Below are positions 24,646 through 25,154 of a stretch of 25,154 nt of DNA, piece by piece. Position 1 is the first letter of the stretch. The number at the start of each line of letters is the position of its first letter. Both the position numbers and the translations under genes were made by a program. The notes under the pieces are model-generated. The model worked only from the letters and a program-made list of their open reading frames with translations. It searched no databases and was not told the origin of the DNA. Source of the stretch: a virus (lineage: Duplodnaviria > Caudoviricetes). The DNA is taken from positions 1 to 25,154 of the IMG/VR virus record IMGVR_UViG_3300048838_000571; one strand, written 5' to 3'.

Positions 24646-25029
24646 ATGGAACTGGTTTTGATCCGTGGGCTGCCTGGCAGCGGCAAAACGACGATGGCGC
24701 GCGTGCTGGAGATGGTGGGCTACGAACACCACGAAGCCGACCATTACTTTGAGCGCGCCGGACACTATGCGTTTGACGCTGCCGAACTGCCGAAGGCCCA
24801 TGAGTGGTGTTTGCGGCGCGCAAAAGACAGCATGGCGCGAGGCGTGCGCTGCGTGGTGGCCAACACCTTCACGCGCCGCTGGGAAATGCAGCCGTACTTT
24901 GATGCTGCAAAGGCGGCTGGCGTGCCCGTGCGAGTGATCGAGGCTCGCGGCGCTTGGCAGAACTGCCACGGCGTGCCGGCCGACGCCATTGAGCGGATGC
25001 GGGCGCGGTGGGAGTTGGTTGATGCCTAA
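24646..25029 (+). CDS. Cassette C gene, P-loop kinase (AAA_33/polynucleotide-kinase-like)
   Basis: LVLIRGLPGSGKTT, EADHYF, AHEWC, VVANTF and HGVP; the stop TAA is part of GCCTAAC. Confidence 0.88.
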   Translation: MELVLIRGLPGSGKTTMARVLEMVGYEHHEADHYFERAGHYAFDAAELPKAHEWCLRRAKDSMARGVRCVVANTFTRRWEMQPYFDAAKAAGVPVRVIEARGAWQNCHGVPADAIERMRARWELVDA

Positions 25030-25101
25030 CGCAATCTAGGGCGCAGGAATGCGCCCATAACCGGATAGTGGCGCATCCCTGCGCCCATAACCGGATAGTG
25101 G
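25024..25101 (-). mobile_element. Candidate attI-like primary cassette insertion site with 22-bp direct repeats
   Basis: Single core GCCTAAC without a closing GTTRRRY; TGCGCCCATAACCGGATAGTGG at 25050-25071 and 25080-25101. Confidence 0.55.
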
Positions 25102-25102
25102 T

Positions 25103-25153
25103 TCACTTGGTCGTCCTGCTTGCGTCATCCTTGCGCGAGCTGCTGATACTGGT
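25103..25153 (-). CDS. 3' end of a convergent gene, possibly holin-like
   Basis: Reads ...TSISSSRKDDASRTTK-stop, resembling the F-G-[ST]-S-x-x-S-x-x-K tails of phage membrane proteins; only 17 codons are visible. Confidence 0.3.
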   Translation of the reverse strand, partial: TSISSSRKDDASRTTK

Positions 25154-25154
25154 C

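Noticed and set aside
25050-25101. 22-bp direct repeat as a mini-CRISPR or terminal repeat
   Set aside because: Only two copies separated by 8 bp; better explained as part of the attI-like site or a local duplication.

Overview
This is a 25-kb segment of a high-GC tailed dsDNA phage with a podovirus-type, APSE/BPP-1-like gene set. It has two arms diverging from about 12.5 kb. The left arm (minus strand) runs: Cro-like regulator, primase-polymerase/VirE helicase, a probable replication origin with inverted 9-bp iterons, an HTH gene, terS, five tail/decoration-like genes inserted between terS and terL, terL, two small genes, portal, a beta-helix protein and a partial Bbp19-like gene. The right arm (plus strand) runs: small early genes, DUF2800 nuclease, DUF2815 SSB, PolA, VRR-NUC, SNF2 helicase and accessory ORFs. 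The most striking signal is at 23.7-25.1 kb. Three well-formed integron attC sites and a terminal attI-like site delimit three single-gene cassettes with mutually complementary ends. The attC sites are inverted relative to their ORFs, one carries the RBS and start codon in its loop, and no integrase is present in the window. This looks like a phage-borne, reverse-polarity integron cassette array. All family assignments are from motif recognition by eye, not database searches.
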